In this document: positions 61,828 through 64,000 of the stretch, piece after piece
Position numbering within the stretch: the stretch's first letter is position 1
Layout of the letters: each line of letters opens with the position of its first letter
Source: an uncultured virus (IMG/VR IMGVR_UViG_3300022928_000007)
Lineage: Duplodnaviria; Heunggongvirae; Uroviricota; Caudoviricetes
DNA: 64,000 nucleotides
Reading direction: 5' to 3' (one strand)
Virus record (IMG/VR): IMGVR_UViG_3300022928_000007
The notes under the pieces: model-generated
Databases searched by the model: none
What the model saw: only the letters and a program-made list of their open reading frames with translations
Told to the model about the DNA's origin: nothing
Made by a program: the position numbers and the translations under genes

Positions 61828-62964
61828 ATGAAAATTAAATTAGAATATATTTGGTTAGATGGGTATAAACCCGAACCAAATCTTAGAAGTAAAGTAAAGG
61901 TTGTAGATGCACCTACCCATGAAGTTAAGGGTAAAACATTACACGGAATAACATTAAAAGATTGTCCTCAATGGGGATTTGATGGTTCATCAACTAAACA
62001 GGCTGAAGGTAATTTTTCTGATTGTATCTTAAATCCTGTTAGGTTATATCCTAATCCACTTAACAAAGGTATATTAGATTCATACCTTGTTTTTTGTGAA
62101 GTTATGAATCCTGATGGTACTCCACATGAGTCTAATACTCGTAATTTATTAGGTAAGGAAGATGATAAAGACTTATGGTTTGGTTTCGAACAAGAATATA
62201 CCATCATGAAAGACAGTAAACCTATCGGATTCCCAAAAGATGGATTCCCTGAACCTCAAGGTAAGTATTACTGTGGTGTTGGTAATGGTCAAGTAAACGG
62301 TAGATTATTCGTTGAACAACATATGGAAAATTGTATTATGGCAGGTATTGAAGTTACAGGTACTAATGCTGAAGTAATGTTAGGTCAATGGGAATACCAA
62401 GTATTAGGTAAAGGTAAACTAAAATCAGGTGATGACCTTTGGGTATCGAGATATATTTTAAATCAAATGTCAGAGGATTATGGTTTTAAAATAGAATACC
62501 ACCCTAAACCTGTAACTGGTGATTGGAATGGTTCAGGATTACATTGTAACTTTTCTAATATTAAAATGAGAGAAGAAGGGGGTAAAGAATATTTTGATGC
62601 AATATTTAAAACATTTGAGTCAAGACATATTGAACACATAAAATGTTATGGTTCTTCAAATGACATGAGGTTAACTGGTGACCACGAAACTCAATCAATT
62701 CATAAATTTAGTTGGGGAGTATCGGACAGAGGAGCATCAATTAGAGTTCCAATATCCACAGAAAAAGAATGGAAGGGATATGTTGAAGACAGGAGACCTG
62801 CTTCTAACGCAGACCCCTATAAAATCATTAACATTATTAATGAATCTATAAATAACGCAGAAGAACTATACAAAACATTACACAATATGTATAGCGATGT
62901 AAAAGTAAGTGATGAAGTCAAAGAAATGGTTTTGACTGAACCATTAGAAAGAGATACTGAATAA
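61828..62964 (+). CDS. glnII: Glutamine synthetase type II
   Basis: EYIWLDG, LRSK, WGFDGSST.QA, WFGFEQEY, PQGKYYCGVG, NAEVMLGQWEYQ, HPKP..GDWNGSGLHCNFS, RLTG.HET, RGASIRVP, EDRRPASNADPY. Confidence 0.93.
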   Translation: MKIKLEYIWLDGYKPEPNLRSKVKVVDAPTHEVKGKTLHGITLKDCPQWGFDGSSTKQAEGNFSDCILNPVRLYPNPLNKGILDSYLVFCEVMNPDGTPHESNTRNLLGKEDDKDLWFGFEQEYTIMKDSKPIGFPKDGFPEPQGKYYCGVGNGQVNGRLFVEQHMENCIMAGIEVTGTNAEVMLGQWEYQVLGKGKLKSGDDLWVSRYILNQMSEDYGFKIEYHPKPVTGDWNGSGLHCNFSNIKMREEGGKEYFDAIFKTFESRHIEHIKCYGSSNDMRLTGDHETQSIHKFSWGVSDRGASIRVPISTEKEWKGYVEDRRPASNADPYKIINIINESINNAEELYKTLHNMYSDVKVSDEVKEMVLTEPLERDTE

Positions 62965-63338
62965 TGGAAAAAAAAGATAATATAGTTGATAAGGATAGAT
63001 ACCAACTACCTAATGAAATATTAACTTATGTTAGTAAAATTATGGGTGGTACAGGTAATCATTCCTTACCAACTGTTATCGAAACAGAGTTTTATACTAA
63101 AGATGCTTTAGATAGAATTTTAGAGAAAAATAAAATAGTATCATCGTATAAAACTTATGATGGTGATAATATAACCTTAATAGATGGTCTTATACGATTT
63201 TCGGACAGTATTAGTTTTTTATATTTTATAAAAAGAAAAGATGAAAATACTTATAAGTTTTACACCATATGTAAAGAAGAATCTTCTAATGGTATGATAT
63301 TCTTCTTGAATAGTTATAAAAAATTTAAAACAATTTAA
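62964..63338 (+). CDS. Hypothetical protein
   Basis: 124 aa, coupled to glnII. Confidence 0.55.
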   Translation: MEKKDNIVDKDRYQLPNEILTYVSKIMGGTGNHSLPTVIETEFYTKDALDRILEKNKIVSSYKTYDGDNITLIDGLIRFSDSISFLYFIKRKDENTYKFYTICKEESSNGMIFFLNSYKKFKTI

Positions 63339-63341
63339 AAA

Positions 63342-63662
63342 ATGAAAATATTAAATTCTCAAGAACTACAAGAAAAAATTGACAGCGGAGAAAAATTCAT
63401 TGTAGATATGTATGCCGATTGGTGTGGTCCTTGTCGAATGTTATCAAAAGTGATTGATAATGTTGATAAAAAATTAACAGAGGAAAATCATTCAGTCAAT
63501 ATCTACAAATTCAATATTGAATCAGATAAAGATATGTCTGTTAAATTAGGTGTACGTTCAATACCCGTTCTATTAGCGTTTAACGAAGGTAAAAATGTCC
63601 AAACTAAAATAGGATTAGTACAAGAAAACGTGATAGTAGAAATGGCTAATTCCATACTTTAA
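63342..63662 (+). CDS. trxA: Thioredoxin
   Basis: ADWCGPC, VRSIP. Confidence 0.9.
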   Translation: MKILNSQELQEKIDSGEKFIVDMYADWCGPCRMLSKVIDNVDKKLTEENHSVNIYKFNIESDKDMSVKLGVRSIPVLLAFNEGKNVQTKIGLVQENVIVEMANSIL

Positions 63663-63670
63663 ATTTTACA

Positions 63671-63955
63671 ATGAAAAAAGTAGTATTATATACGATGAAA
63701 GGTTGTCCTCACTGTGATGAGATGAAACAAAAATTAATTGAGTCTAAAATAAGATTCACTCAAAGAGATATTCATAAATTTGAAAAAGAATATGATTTGT
63801 TTGTCGAGGCAACCGGTAGTGAGTATATACCTGCATTCATGTTGTTAAACATTGGAAAAAATAATAAGACATCAGACGTAAAATTAATGGTACCTGATGA
63901 TGACTTTGATGATTTAGATGAAGCTTTGTATAAGGTGAGAAGATATTTAGACTAA
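63671..63955 (+). CDS. Glutaredoxin-like protein
   Basis: YT..GCPHC, YIP. Confidence 0.8.
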   Translation: MKKVVLYTMKGCPHCDEMKQKLIESKIRFTQRDIHKFEKEYDLFVEATGSEYIPAFMLLNIGKNNKTSDVKLMVPDDDFDDLDEALYKVRRYLD

Positions 63956-64000
63956 TATCATCTCACCTACTTTATCTTTTATTTTCCATATATTCTCATT

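Noticed and set aside
1..64000. Stop-codon reassignment, as in some large phages
   Set aside because: Genes are full length and densely packed under code 11, and TAG/TGA act as normal stops.
1..64000. Giant eukaryotic virus or bacterial chromosome origin, suggested by GT60, PLOD, GSII and DnaJ
   Set aside because: Sigma factor, amidase and Bacteroidota promoters argue against a eukaryotic virus. Fibre genes, the gp46/47-like pair, many small unknown ORFs and the absence of housekeeping operons argue against a chromosome.

Overview
An AT-rich, gene-dense, mostly + strand segment that reads as part of a large (jumbo-type) tailed phage infecting Bacteroidota. Evidence for this: a phage replication/recombination module (RuvC-like resolvase, primase, PD-(D/E)XK nuclease, SbcD/SbcC pair), a Bacteroidota-type sigma-70 factor, TTTG-N19-TAnnTTTG promoters, A-rich leaders without Shine-Dalgarno, SprB repeats, an Hc1-like protein and an amidase. 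The window runs: 1-6 kb paralogous fibre/adhesin genes; 6.3-12.9 kb glycan-modification operon (GT60-like GlcNAc transferase, NodU/CmcH carbamoyltransferase, HtrL-like proteins, methyltransferases); 13-26.6 kb very large Cys-rich, mucin-like Thr/Pro proteins and other structural genes; 26.6-44 kb replication and nucleotide/sugar metabolism; 44-52 kb sigma factor, putative lysis genes and acidic putative head proteins; 53-64 kb DnaJ, DNA adenine methylase, PLOD-like glycosyltransferase, glutamine synthetase II and redoxins. The best candidate for a novel system is a phage-encoded mucin-type O-glycosylation locus. A eukaryote-like GT60 enzyme and tailoring enzymes sit directly upstream of a 2393-aa protein with an N-terminal Hint domain, a ~1000-aa PT(V/E/N)T stalk and a lectin-like tip. 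A procollagen lysyl-hydroxylase/glycosyltransferase (PLOD)-like enzyme also appears split across separate genes. All family assignments are from motif recognition by eye; no searches were run. No tRNA, rRNA, CRISPR array or transposase was recognised.
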